DNA from: Heptranchias perlo
Taxonomy: Eukaryota
Reading direction: 5' to 3'
DNA length: 64,000 nt
NCBI RefSeq assembly: GCF_035084215.1
Contig: NC_090328.1
Location: 35,154,001 to 35,218,000 of the forward strand
Shown here piece by piece: positions 11,133 to 24,520 of this stretch. Position numbers and translations under genes: made by a program. The notes below the pieces were generated by a model. That model saw only the letters and a program-made list of their open reading frames with translations, did not search any database and was not told the DNA's origin. How positions within the stretch are numbered: the stretch's first letter is position 1; every line of letters starts with the position of its first letter.

Positions 11133-13997
11133 ATAGTATTTTTTCAATGTTAAAAAAAAAGTATTGGGAGTATTTTGCACAGGAAACATTCCCATTCTTT
11201 TTCTATTTAACAACAGTTGTTCTGTTTGTCCCATGTTGAATATTGCCTGTTTGTCTGTGTATAACAGATATGTTTTAATATTTAGTATTTTTTTTATATA
11301 GATGATGTGTTGAAATGTAGGAGGGACCTGTTCAAGACGGACGGGTTGCACTTCAACAGAGCTGGGATCATTGTCATCTCCAGGAGGTTCACTGGTGTTG
11401 CGGGGGAGGGTTTAAACTAATTTGTCAGGGGGATGGGCACCAGGATGTAGCATTAGAAAAGAGAAACAAAGTGTACAAAGCATTGGGAGAGACAGATAGC
11501 ACTAGAGTAAGAAATAGTACAGTATTAGGTGGGATCAGACTAAGAGAGAATACAAGACAGTCTAAGATAGGTTTAGAGCGCATGTGTGTAAATGCACGAA
11601 GCCTGGTAAATAAGGTTGGTGAGCTGCAGGTGCAAATAGCCACATGGGAATATGATGTAGTGGTGAATACAGAGGCCTGGCTCAAAAAAGGGCAGGATTG
11701 GGTACTAAATATTCCTGGATACAAGGTGTTCAGGAAAGATAGGGAAGGAAAAAAAGGAGTGGGGGTGGCAATATTGATTAAGGAGAATATTGCAGTACTG
11801 GAGAGAGAGGATGTCCTTGAGGGGTCAAGAACAGAATCTATTTGGTTAGAGTTAAGAAAGAATAAAAGCATCATTACAACACTGGGTGTATTTTATAGGT
11901 CACCAACAAGTGGGAAGAATATAGAGGAGCAGATTTGCAGAGAAATTAGAGAGATGCAAGAACTATAAAATACTTAATTTACTTAATTGGAGCACCGCCA
12001 ATTTCGTTGTGTTGAGAACGAATCTGGCCCGGAAAATTGGAATCAGAGATTCGCAGGGAAAACTATAATCGAACAATGGGTGGCCTTTAAAGAGGAGATG
12101 GTTCGGGTACAGTCTAGGTACATTCCCACGAGGGGAGAGGTAGAGCAGCCAAAGCCAGAGCTCACTGGATGAGGAAAGAAATAGAGAGTAAGATGAAACG
12201 GAAAACGGGGGCATATTACAGATGTCAGGTTGATAATATAAGTGAGAACCAGGCTGAATATAGAAAGTTCAGAGGAGAAGTGAAAAAGGAAATAAGAGGG
12301 GCAAAGAAAGTGTATGAGAATAGACTGGTGGCTAACATAAAGGGGAATTCCAAAGACTTCTACAGGCATATAAATCGTAAGCGGGTAGTAAGAGGAGGGT
12401 TGGGGCCGATTAGGGACCAAAAAGGAGATCTATGCATGGAGGCAGAGGGTATGGCTGAGGTAGTAAATGAATACTTTGCAATCTGTCTTTACCAACTAAG
12501 AAGATGCTGCCAAAGTCACAGTAAAAGAGGAGGTAATTGAGATACTGGATGGGCTAAAAATTGATAGAAGAGTTACTAGAAAGGTTGGCTGTACTTAAAG
12601 TAGATAAGTCACCTGGTTGGGATGGGATGTATCCTCGGTTGCTGAGGGAAGTCAGGTTGGAAATTGCAGAGGTGCTGGCCATTATCTTCCAATCCTCCTT
12701 AGATACGGGGGTGGTGCCAGAGGACTGGAGAATTGCAAATGTTATACCCTTGTTCAAAGAAGGGTGTAAAGATAAACCCAGCAACTACAGGCCAGTCAGT
12801 TTAACCTCTGTGGTGGGGAAGCTTTTAGAAATGATAATCCAGGACAAAATTAATAGTCACTTGAACAAGGGTGGATCAATTAAGGAAAGCCAGCACGGAT
12901 TTGTTAAAGGCAAATCGTATTTAACTTGATTGAGTTTTTTGATGCGCTAACAGAGAGAGTTGATGATGGCAATGCAGTTGATGTGTATGTGGACTTTCAA
13001 AAGGCGTTTGATAAAGTACTACATGATAGGCTTGTCATCAAAATTGAAGCCCATGCAATAAAAGGGGCAGTGGCAGCATGGATATGAAATTGGCTAAGTG
13101 ACAGGAAACCGAGAGTAATGGTGAACAGTTGTTTTTCGGACTGGAGGAAGCTATACAGTGGTGTTACACCGGGGTCGGTACTCGGACCATTGCTTTTTTG
13201 ATCTATATTAATGACTTGGACTTGGGTGTACAGGGCGCAATTTCAAAATTTGCAGATGACACAAAACTTGGAAGTGTAGTAAACAGTGAGGAGGATAGTG
13301 ATAGACTTCAAGAGGACATAGACAGGCTGGTGGAATGGGTGGACATGTGGCAGATGAAATTTAATGCAGAGAAATGCGAAGTGATACATTTTGGCAGGAA
13401 GAATGAGGAGAGGCAATATAAATGGTACAATTCTAAAGGCAGTGCAGGAACAGAGAGACCTGGGGGTATGTGTGCACAAATCTTTGAAGGTGGCAGGACA
13501 GTTTGAGAAAGCGGTTAAAAAAGCATATGGGATCCTGGGCTTTATAAATAGAGGCATAGAGTACAAAAGCAAGGAAGTTATGTTGAACCTTTATAAAACA
13601 CTGGTTCGGCCACAACCGGGAGTATTGTGTCCAATTCTGGGCACTGCACTTTAGGAAGGATCTGAAGGCCTTCGAGAGGGTGCAGAAAAGATTGACTAGA
13701 ATGGTTCCAGAGATGAGGGACTTCAGTTATGTGGATAGACTGGAGAAGCTGGGGTTGTTCTCCTCAGAGCAGAGAAGGTTAAGAGGAGATTTGATAGAAT
13801 TGTTCAAAATCATGACTGGATTGGATAAAGTAAATAAAGAGAAACTGTTCCCATTGGCGGAAGGGTCAAGAACCAGAGGACACAGATTGAAGGTAATTGG
13901 CAAAAGAACCAAAGGCGACGTGAGGAAAAACTTTTTTACGCAGTGAGTGATTATGATCTGGAATGTGCTGCCTGAAGGGCTGGTGGAATCAGATTCA

Positions 13998-16777
13998 CAG
14001 AATCATAGAAATTTATGGCACAGAAGGAGGCCATTCGGCCCATCGTTTCTGTGCTGGCCGAGAAAAGCTATCCAGCCTAATCTCACTTTCCAGTTCTTGG
14101 TCCGTAGGCACTTCAAGTGCATATCCAAGTACTTTTGCCATGCGTTGAGGGTTTCTGGGTCTACCTCCCTTTTAAACAGTGAGTTCCAGAACCCCACCAC
14201 CCTCTGGGTGAAAAGAATTCTCCTAAACTCGCCTCTAATCCTTCTACCAATTACTTTAAATATATACCCCCTAGTCACTGACCCCTCTGCTAAGGGAGAT
14301 GGGTCCTTCCTATCCACTTTATCTAGTCCCATCATAATGTTATACACCTCAATTAAATCTCCCCTCAGCCTTCTCTGTTCCAAAGAAAATCTCCCCTCAG
14401 CCTATCCAATCTTTCCTCATAGCTAAAATTGTCCAGTCCTGGCAACATCCTCGTAAATCTCCTTTGTACCCTCTCTAGTGCAATCACATCTTTCCTGTAA
14501 TGCGGTGACCTGAACTGTACGCAGTACTCAAGCTGTGGCCTAACTTGTGTTTTATACAGTTCTAGCATTACCTCCCTACTCTTATATTCTATGTAAGGAA
14601 TCTTACAACACCAGGTTAATAAAGGAAAGTATTCCGTATGCCATCCTAACACCTTATCTACCTGTCCTGCTATCTTAAGAGATCTGTGAACATGCACTCC
14701 AAGGCCCCTGTGTTCCTCTTCCCCCTTCAGCATCCTCCCATTTATTGTGTACTCCCTTGCCTTGTTTGCCCTCCCCAAATGCATTACCTCACACTTAGCA
14801 ACATAGGAACAGGAGTAGGCCATTCAGCCCCTTGTGCCTGCTCCGCCATTTGATAAGATCATGGCTGATCTGTGACTAACTCCATATACCTGCCTTTGGC
14901 CCATATCCCTTAATACCTTTGGTTGCCAAAAAGCTATCTATAGCAGATTTAAATTTAGCAATTGAGCTAGTATCAATTGCCGTTTGCGGAAGAGAGTTCC
15001 AAACTTCTACAACCCTTTGTGTGTAGAAATGTTTTCTAATCTCGCTCCTGAAAGGTCTGGCTCTAATTTTTAGACTGTGCCCCCTACTCCTAAAATCTCC
15101 AACCAGCGGAAATAGTTTCTCCCTATCCGCCCTATCTGTTCCCCTTAATATCTTATAAACTTCGATCAGATCCCCCCCTAACCTTCGAAACTCCAGAGAA
15201 TACAACCCCAATTTGTGTAATCTCTCCTCGTAACTTAACCCTTGAATTCCGGGTATCATTCTAGTAAACATACGCTGCACCCCCTTCAAGGCCAATATGT
15301 CCTTCCGAAGGTGCAGTGCCCAGAACTGCTCACAGGTACCCCAGGTGCGGCCTAACCAGGGTTAGACCGCACCTGGAGTACTTCTCTGGATTGAATTCCA
15401 TTTGCCACTTTTCTGCCCACCTGACCAGTCCATTGATAACTTCCTGCAGTCTACAGCTTTCTTCCTCACTGTTAACCACATGGCCAATTTTTGTATCATC
15501 GGCAAACTTCTTAATCATGCCTCCTACATTTAAGTCTAAATCATTGATAAATACCACAAAAAGCAAAGGACCTACTACTGAGCCCTGTGGAACCCAATTG
15601 GAAACAGCCTTCTAGTCACAAAAACACCACTTGACCATTATCCTTTGCTTCCTGCCACTGAGCCAATTTTGGATCGAGCGTGCCACTTTCCCTTGGATCC
15701 CATGGGTTTTTACTTTTCTGACCAGTCTGCCATGTGGAACCTTGTCAAAAGCCTTGCTAAAATCCATGTAGACTACATCAAACATGCAGCCCTCATCGAC
15801 CCTCCTTGTTGCTGCCTCAAAAAATTCAACCAAGTTAGTCAGACTCGACCTTCCCATATCAAATCCTTGCTGACTGTCCTTGATTAACCCGTGCCTTTCT
15901 AAATGACGATTAGTACTGCCCCTCAGAATTTTTTCCAATAATCTGGCCACCACCAAGATTAGGCTGACTGGCCTGTAATTACTCAGTCTGTCCCTTTCTC
16001 CCTTTTAAACAGTACAATGTTAGCAGTCCTCCAATCCTCCGGCATCATGCCTGTAGCCAGAGAGGCTTCGGAAATGATGGTCAGAGCCTACTCTATTTCC
16101 ACCCGTGCTTCTCTTAACAGCCTGAGATACATTTTATCCGGGCCTGGCGATTTATCTTATAAAGGGGATTAGCATCTCTGAAATATTTCCTCTCTCACTA
16201 TGTTTATCCCATCCAATATTTTACACTCCACCTCCTTAACTACAATCTCTGCACGTCCCCCTCTTTTGTGAAGACAGACGCAAAGTATTCATTAAGAACC
16301 ATTCCCACATCTTTCGCCTCCACACACAGGTTATCTCCTTGGCCTCTAATAGGCCCCACTTTTTTCTTAGTTATTCTCTTGCTCTTTATGTGTTTATAAA
16401 CCGTCTTTGGGTTTTCCTTGATTTTACGTGCCAATATCTTTTCATGCCTTCTCTTTGCTTTCCTAATTTCCTTTTTAATTTTACCTCCTGCACTTTTTAT
16501 ACTCCTCTAGGCTTTCTGCAGTATTGAGCTCTCGGTATCTGACGTAAGCTTCCCTTTTTTACATTATCCTACCATGTATGCTTCTTGATATCCAGGGAGC
16601 TCTAGATTTGGGAGTCGAACCCTCTTTCTTTGTGGTAACATATTTGCTCTGAACCCTCACTATTTCCTCCTTGAATGCCTCCCACTGCTTTGACACTGAT
16701 TTATCTTCAAGTAGCTGTTCCCAGTCCACTTTTGCCCGATCACATCTCAGCTTAGTAAAATTGGCCTTTTCCCAATT
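13998..16777 (-). mobile_element. CR1 LINE nested antisense in the preceding CR1
   Basis: RT ORFs on the minus strand (YMDFSKAFDKVPH, FADDTK); TSD GATTCA at 13992-13997 and 16778-16783. Confidence 0.9.
14797..15379 (-). mobile_element. Young CR1 3' fragment, third nesting level
   Basis: ORF 14876..15295 nearly identical to ORFs at 20747 and 51206; host reads through cacactt/acttctctgg (ACTT duplicated). Confidence 0.9.
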
Positions 16778-18572
16778 GATTCAATCGTGGCTTTCAAAAA
16801 GGAATTGAATAAATACTTGAAGGGAAAAAATTTGCAGGGCTGCGGGGGAATGGAACTAACTGGATTGCTCTTACCAAGAGCCTGTGTGGGCTTGATGGGC
16901 CGAATGGCCTCATTCTGTGCTGTAACCATTCTATGATTCTAGTGTTGTAATTTTTTATGGTTTTTATATATTCTGTTGTTGAAACTGTTACTTAAAGAGA
17001 CATGCTGTGGCTCTGAATCAGTGACAGAGTTGCTTGTCAGATTACCTGAGATATGAAGGGGCTGATGGGTAAATAAACAGATGTTCTTTTAAGCTGATGG
17101 ATACTTATTTCCTCAGATGACATGATCCAGTTTTTTTTATTGCTTATAGCAAGGCAACAGGTAATTTCCATAATTGTCATGGATGTTCTTTCTAATTGAT
17201 TAGAAGGTCAGAGAAATTATATAGGAACCATCCAACATTCAAAAATACTCGCATCCTAAGTGAATGTGGAGAAACCAGATGTTTGTAACGTGCAGAAAAC
17301 TCTTCATGCTTTTCTCCTATACTTTTTTCAGTTTCTTGGTGCTATTTGCAACCAGACTTTCATTTCTGGTAAATAACTTTAATAAGGATACCTTCATTCT
17401 CACTTTCCTCCTATCTTTTTAGGGGTGCTATTTCCTACTGTGCAAGTTAGCATTTTAAGAGTTTGCAGTCTTTTGTGACCTGGTGAAATTTTGTGCTATC
17501 TTTTCTATCAACATAGCAACTGCAAAAATAAAACTATTTCCCACAGGATCTTGGAAACTACATGTTTTCTGTATGGGTAGGCTGAACAAAGAGGAATGGC
17601 AGTGCAGTGCTCGTGTCTAATGGGTGTTCTCCTATGCACATGTGACATTTTCATTTGCTTGTGAACCTGAGGTTGTTATGAAGATACTTAACTAGTTTGA
17701 AGAGGAGGTAAACTTTATTTAGGGTGTGAAATTAGGCCTGTTGGTGATTTTGTTGAACGTCAGCATGAGTACAAAATAGAAAACTCATTTATATCAGTTG
17801 GATTCTGTAGAGACTGGGACAGAGTTGGCAGTTCCTGAAGGATTACTGCACCAATGATGGATTACTTGGCTTGTGTGGGTCAAGTGAAGGTCGTCTTTAC
17901 CAAATGATGACCTGAAAAGATGCTCAGAGAGATCAGTGGGCCCTTTTTAAGCTTTCAATCCACCAGAGGTTTATTAAGTCCTTTTGGGTTGCCAATTCAC
18001 TTGTGTCCCACATTTGCAACTCTTTCCCCTTTTCAGCCCAGAATGCTGCCAAGAATAAAGTGCAAACGGTAAATGCAGACAGGCAAGCTCGCTACTATGT
18101 CTCTTGGTAAGTTTTACCTGCAAGTCGAGAGGTCTGAGCAAACAAATCTGACAGAAAATTCACACAATGCTTTTTTGGGTGATCTTTAGTAAAAATTTAC
18201 TCAGACGTTTCAGTCAGGAGTTTACAGAGCTGCTTTTGGAACATATGGCCTGGAATACTCCTCCATGCTACTTCCTCTGCAGTGCTTAGCTGCTTTATTT
18301 TATAAACAATGCCGGGGGTGGTGGTGGGAAGATGACTTTAGAGATACTTGCTGCTTGCTTTATACTAAACGATTGATTTTATTTATTTTAAAGGATGCTA
18401 TGGAGAGGGAATTTTTTTCAATATAAAGGACTCATTCCATTTTCTAAAATATTGCCTGTCTTTATTTGCTTTTATTTATGAATTTCCTTTCCATGGGGAC
18501 CTTTTCAGGTCTTTTGCAACAAGGAGGTGGTCTGACGGCATAGATCACAGGTGAAGTGTGAATAGACTCATA

Positions 18573-18810
18573 GGGGGTGATTTTAAACCCCAAGAACGGG
18601 TGGGTTGGGGGCGGGTGGGAGTTGAAAATAGTTGTTTTTGGGTCGCGGTCGCAACTGCAACCTGGCTTTATTTCCGGGTTTAACGTCGGCGTGTAAAAGT
18701 ACATTGGGAATGCAAAGCCTGAAAATTTTTCTGTTGCGACCCAAAAAAGAACTATTTTCAACTCCTACCTGCCCCCAACCCACCCGTTCTTGGGGTTTAA
18801 AATCACCCCC
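18573..18810. mobile_element. Harbinger/PIF-type MITE
   Basis: ~75-bp near-perfect TIRs GGGGGTGATTTTAAACCCCAAGAACGGGTGGG; TSD ATA at 18570-72 and 18811-13. Confidence 0.9.
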
Positions 18811-19619
18811 ATAGAATAACCTGGAAATTGATGCTTCAGAGCTTTGTGGCTGCTGTTTTGGAGCTATTCTATTTAGTTTGTTACAGAGTCCTATTTGTCC
18901 TTTCTCTTAAAATCAAAAATATAGCTGCCCGTGATTTTAAACAAACTTTCTGATTTATACCATTACTTTGGATATAAAACCAGTTGTTGACAGTTCCCTC
19001 ATTAATAGAGGCAGTGTGCAGACACCTGCTGTATAACCTGTGCTTCACTGCAGCTACTTTGTGGTGTGGCTCACCTAGACCAGGTGCTATTGTGTTGGTT
19101 TAGACACCTGGGGCTATTACCTGACCTGTCCTGGAAGTCTTGAATACCATCTTTCACCTCCTGGAAATTGACTTTGGGATTTCACTGGATGATGATGTAG
19201 AGACAGCAATGCATTTAGGCCTGTCTGCACTTGAGTTGAGAACTGCCATCAGGGGCTAACAACAAGCACCTGGCATCATCTTTAATTTCAAATCCAGTAG
19301 TATTTAGGTGACAGTAGTAACTGTACCATAGACATTTCTCAGATTATACTATCTCCTTCTATTGTAATAATCATGCACCAGAATAATTAACTGATTCCTA
19401 ACCATTAGAGATCAAAATTTTTCAGTGAATTTAAAAAAAGATATTTCAACTTTTTCAAATAAAATAATAACTAAACATAGTGCTAAATATTTTCTTGTGG
19501 AAGTGATGGTTTTGAGTTTGTTAAGTGCTAAAGATGTGTTAAACTTCCACACAGCCGTTGTGGGATTTGTTTAAGGACTTTCTTCAAGTGTAAGATGCGC
19601 TCTGACCAGTGAATTAAGA

Positions 19620-21410
19620 AAAAATTGTTCTCGGCATGTGGATATTACTGGCAAAGGCACATTTATTGCCCATCCCTAGTTGACTTGAGAAGATGTTGGT
19701 GGGCCTACTTCTTGAACTACTACAGTCCTCACCATGGTGGTGTTCCCACAATGGTGTTAGGCAGAAAATACCAGGATTGTAATCCAGCAATGATGAAGGA
19801 ACTGCGTTATAGTCGCAAGTCAGGATGGTGTGTGATGTGGAGGGGAAGGTGTTCCCACGTCATTGCTGCTCTTGCCTTCCTTAGTGGTAGAGGTCAAACA
19901 GGAGGGTAGTGCTGTTGAAGTAACCTTGGTTGCATCCTGTGGATTGTACATACTGCAGCCACAGTGTGCCGGTGATGGAAAGTGAGTGCAGCAGGAGTAC
20001 TGATCAAGTGAACTGCTTTGTCCTGGATGGTTATGACCTTAGAGTGTTGTTGCGGCTGCATTCATTGAGTGGTGAGTATTCTGTCGCAATCCTTACTTAA
20101 GCCTTGTAGATGATGGATAGATTTTGAGGGGTCAGAAGATGAGCCACTCTTTGTATAATACCCAGCCTCTGCCCGGCTTTTGTAGCCAGGTTGTTGATAT
20201 GGCCGGTTCAGTTCCGCTTCTGGTCAATGGTGCCCTCCACCCCCTGCAACCAGGATGTTGATGGTGGGGGAACTCACCGATGGTGGTGTTGTTGAAGATG
20301 AAGGCGAGGGATGGACTTCTCTTGTTCAAGATGGCCATTACTTAGCCCTTAGGTGGAATTAATGTTACCTGCCACTTGTCAGCCCAAGTCTGCATGTTAT
20401 CTAGATCCTGCTGAAGTCCAGCATGGGCTGTTTCATTATCAGAGGAGTTGCAAATGGAGCTGTCAGCGAACAGCCCCACTCTTGAGCGATATTGATAGAT
20501 GGGCAAAACTGTGGCAAATGGAATTCAATGTAGACAAATGTGAGGTCATCCACTTTGGATCAAAAAAGGATAGAACAGGGTACTTTCTAAATGGTAAAAA
20601 GTTAAAAGCTGTGGATGTCGAAAGATTCTTAGGGGTTCAGGTACATAGATCATTGAAGTGTCATGAACAGGTGCAGAAAATAATCAAGAAGGCAAATGGA
20701 ATGTTGGCCTAGTCTAGAGGACTAGAGTAGAAGGGGGCAGAAGTTAATGCTGCAGCTATACAAAACCCTGGTTAGACCGTACCTGGAGTACTGTGAGCAG
20801 TTCTGGGCACCGCACCTTCGGAAGGATATATTGGCCTTGGAGGGAGTGCAGCGTAGGTTTACTAGAATGATACCCGGACTTCAAGGGTTAAGTTACGAGG
20901 AGAGATTACACAAATTGGGGTTGTATTGTCTGGAGTTTAGAAGGTTAAGGGGTGATCTGATCGAAGTTTATAAGATATCAAGGGAAACGGATAGGGCGGA
21001 TAGAGAGAAACTATTTCCGCTGGTTGGGGATTTTAGGAGTAGGGGGCACAGTCTAAAAATTAGAGCCAGACCTTTCAGGAGTGAGATTAGAAAACATTTC
21101 TACACACAAAGGGTTGTAGAAGTTTGGAACTCTCTTTCGCAAACGGCAATTGATACTAGCTCAATTGCTAAATTTAAATGTGAGATAGATAGCTTTTTGG
21201 CAACCAAAGGTATTAAGGGATATGGGCCAAAGGCAGGTATGTGGAGTTAGATCACAGATCAGCCATGATCTTATCAAATGGCAGAGCAGGCTCGAGGGGC
21301 TGAATGGCCTACTCCTGATCCTATGTTATGACCGTAGGAATGTCATTGATGAAGCAGCTGAAGAAGTATGGGCTGAGGATGCTTCCTGCAGTGAAATCCT
21401 GGGGCTGCTA
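19620..21410 (-). mobile_element. Old L2/CR1-group LINE, interrupted by a CR1 at 20485-21330
   Basis: Homology to 7458-8477; resumes after the CR1 with tcattgatgaagcagctgaag. Confidence 0.8.
20485..21330 (+). mobile_element. Young 5'-truncated CR1 LINE
   Basis: ORFs WQMEFNVDKCEVIHFG and LYKTLVRPYLEYC...GIKGYG; CR1 3' UTR. Confidence 0.9.
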
Positions 21411-22169
21411 TTGGATGCTTTTCCCTGTACTTAATACCTATCTATTAATATATTATAAATAGTATGTGCAAATATCACTCATTATTATAGATATCTAAAC
21501 AATCTTTAAATGGTGGGTGCATCTAAGTTGCAGCTTGAAACTGAAATGCATATTCCAATCTGCCAAATGCCCTCACCAAATAACATTTTAAACTTTTGAA
21601 TGACCTCGTGCTGTGTTTACTTGCATCAGTTGGACTTTGTGGTTTTAAAGGGACAGATCACGAAAACACAGCTCCACCATAACAGTTGAATAATATTTTG
21701 TGAAGTATTTAGAGTAATGATCCTATTATTATAAAACGGAATATTGTCTAATTTGCCATGAGTACGGAGGATCTGCTAATACTTACAAAATATGTCGACA
21801 TCGAGTAATGGTAAATGATTATAAAGGTAATTCTGTGCTCCCAGTGGGGATGCCATGCATATAGGGAGTGCTGGTTGGAAACCCCATTGTAGCCCCGATT
21901 TTCTGACCTGTGTTTCCCGCTGGCAGAGGGAGATTGCAGAGTTACATTTTATTAATTTCAGCCATTCATCTCCAGCTCAAACAGTATATTGATAGTTTTA
22001 TATTTTAATCCCTTGACAATTTTTTCTTGTCAATTTTGCTCACCACTTTTCTCTCCTCCTCTTCTGAAGGTGTTGACTGCTTAATGCGATATAGTTCCAT
22101 AGATGCCGGCCGCCCCTTGGTACCTTGCCCAACTGGCAATTATTTACGTTTATATCAGGACAGTGATTA

Positions 22170-22420
22170 CGCAGCTGTATTCTGTGCTCACCCAACATCC
22201 ATGCATGCAAATGTTCAACAGACACCCTATTATAATAAAAACTGAGAACCCTGGCTGATTTATTCCCCCCCCCCCCCCCCCCCCAGTTCATGGACACCGT
22301 AACATTCATATTGCTGTCCTGATCAAGATCACTTGACTCAGCTCAGACTGGAGATCAAACCTGGGACCTTCCTGTTTTGTATTACTCAGCAACTCACTGG
22401 ATAAACTCACTGTCATCAGA
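22170..22420 (-). mobile_element. tRNA-derived SINE (AmnSINE2-like), decayed
   Basis: Reverse-complement similarity to 26716-27110 (aaccctggctgatt, gactcagctcagact, gatcaaacctgggaccttcctg). Confidence 0.6.
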
Positions 22421-23149
22421 GGAGTCTTGATGATTTCATATTTTCTTAGAAACAGGTATCCAAGAAATTATGTTTTATGTTTTACACCTGGTCTGCGTAG
22501 GCTGTTGCATCCATACGGTAGACCTTATTCTGCTTTTGATTTGGAGGCTGTGGAATCTAAGTGTATATCCTGCGTAAGTGTTTTCTGTTTCCATGTTGAG
22601 ATATATTAGTGTCCTATTTGTTTTATAGCACGGTTCCTGGAGGCACAGATGCCACCTTTTGAGATAGTTTTCAGTTCTATGCCGGTGAAGTTTCTCACTT
22701 TTCAGATACAATATACAGATACGTTTTAAAGTCACTGCTCGAGCATATTTTGCACATGTTCAGTATAGGTGTTGTTACAATCTCTGAATCTCCGCCCCCC
22801 CCCCCCTCCCCAGTTGCAGAAATGTGGTGAATTCAGAACATAGACAGCTGCATTATATTGTGGATATAAATGGGTTATCAGATTGCAAAAGTGTAATTCC
22901 ATTCACGATATGGCCATGGAGCTCTTATGGTAGGAGTGTGAAATTTTGAGCCATCTCAGTTTCTCTGGGTTCTTCACTGGAGAATACAACTACCTTTTAG
23001 GGGCACAACATTGCTGCCAACTTGAAGCAAACCTAGTCCGTCACCAGAATTAAAATGTTGGTGGCCCAATATGCACATTTGTTATTGTATAAAATCACAT
23101 AAGTGATTGAAAAAGATGGTGGTTATCTTTTAAATTCTTTTTCTTGCAG

Positions 23150-23262
23150 TTTAGGTGATGACAGAATTCGTGTTGAGCGGATGGACGGTATCCATTTTGA
23201 GTATAGCCATGCTTTCCAATTAACCTCTGAGTTTTATGCACGTGGAACGTCTGACATTTCAG
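23150..23262 (+). CDS. MSH3: MSH3 exon (human exon 9 equivalent, 113 bp)
   Basis: ttcttgcag/gtaccg; encodes LGDDRIRVERMDGIHFEYSHAFQLTSEFYARGTSDIS. Confidence 0.96.
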
Positions 23263-24169
23263 GTACCGTACAATAAGGTATTACAAAACTTCTAAAAGAA
23301 AGTTTCTGTTTGTCAAAGAAATACTGCTCTAAATTGTATTGTATCAAACAGTAGCTGTGCAGTATCCTGTACATTGGTATTCCAATATAAGGGGCCTCAA
23401 AATGGGAGGACATGGGTTTGCACCCAAGATGTTTTACTGGTCTCTGCCATTGAGAGGTACTTAGCAAAAGCACAGTGCTTTTTCTAGTGGAGAAAGGGAG
23501 ACATGCAGGTTTACTTCCACAGAACTCTTACTATGTAGTTATACCATTGTCTCTGTCAGTCTGAAATAGTTTCACGGGCGCTTTTACACAAAAGTGATAA
23601 TATAACTCGGGCAATCAGATTCCTGAGTGTACTAAAGCCAAGTGAGACCACCTCGAAGAAGCATTCTCTCGTACTGCACCCTGCATGAAAATCAAGCCAT
23701 AACTGAATAACCAAGTTTACAAACATTCCCTGATAGCCCATTTGGGTTACCTGGCTCTCCATGTTCAGAGCTTTTTTTGATGCTGGGCAGAGAGCAAGTT
23801 GTAGCTGATCTTATAATTCTGATCTACAGCTTTGCACGGCACTCTACAGGTACCAGTCCCAGACTAGTACCAGAGTATTAAAACAACTCTTAGCACCTGG
23901 TCAGAACAGATGCATATTTGCAAAAGGATATAAGTTTGTTCATTATTCGTGACGAAATCAATATACTTTCTCATTTGACTTGTTTTCCTAGGATCTATTT
24001 TGTAAGAAAAGTAGTGCTAACAGTGTTTAGTAGTAAACTATTTGCTTCAGTTCTTCAAATCTCTTTATAAAATGTATTATCATTGTTACTATTTTATTAT
24101 TATTGTTATTTATTGTTATATTTAGCTCTCTGCAGTAGTGGTACGATAAGTGTATTTTTCAACAAAGAA

Positions 24170-24520
24170 TGATAGGGCTGACTGAGTGATCCCAGTACGA
24201 ATGCTGAGGGATTGTTGTGTGCGCTGCCACTCTGAGGAGCTGGATTCTGAGAGCCTAGTTCATGACCACGATTTAAATAGGCCCCTTGGGGTTTGCGCAG
24301 GGAGCAAATAGTGAGAAAGGTAGCGGGTTGTGAGCAGTCAGGGAAGAGAAGATGTAGTCAGAGATAGTCTTGTTGGTGATCAAGAGCTGAGAGGTGGACA
24401 GGCTTTGAAAGAGGGCAAAGCTGAGGAGTGATTGTGGACTGGGTGGGAGAGTTTATGCAAAGGGCGAGATTGAGTGCAGATAGAAGGGCAGAGAAGTTGG
24501 ACTCAGTGGATGCAGGGTGA
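24170..24520 (-). mobile_element. Probable old L2 LINE ORF2 remnant
   Basis: Purine-rich plus strand with gggtgggagagtttatg (minus INSPT, APE-like); no intact ORF. Confidence 0.35.

Larger units (their letters stand above)
11320..16941 (+). mobile_element. CR1 LINE (ORF1 end, ORF2 APE and RT, 3' tail), decayed, interrupted at 13998-16777
   Basis: DGLH motif of ORF1 esterase; APE CVNARSL...GVGVAILIKE; RT KSPGWDG, NYRPVSLTS, FADDTKL; resumes at 16778 and ends ttctatgattcta. Confidence 0.9.

Noticed and set aside
1-23149. MSH3 exon 8 or a nested protein-coding gene
   Set aside because: No VQP...GEV..D.F-like exon found; non-repeat ORFs are short with no recognisable domains
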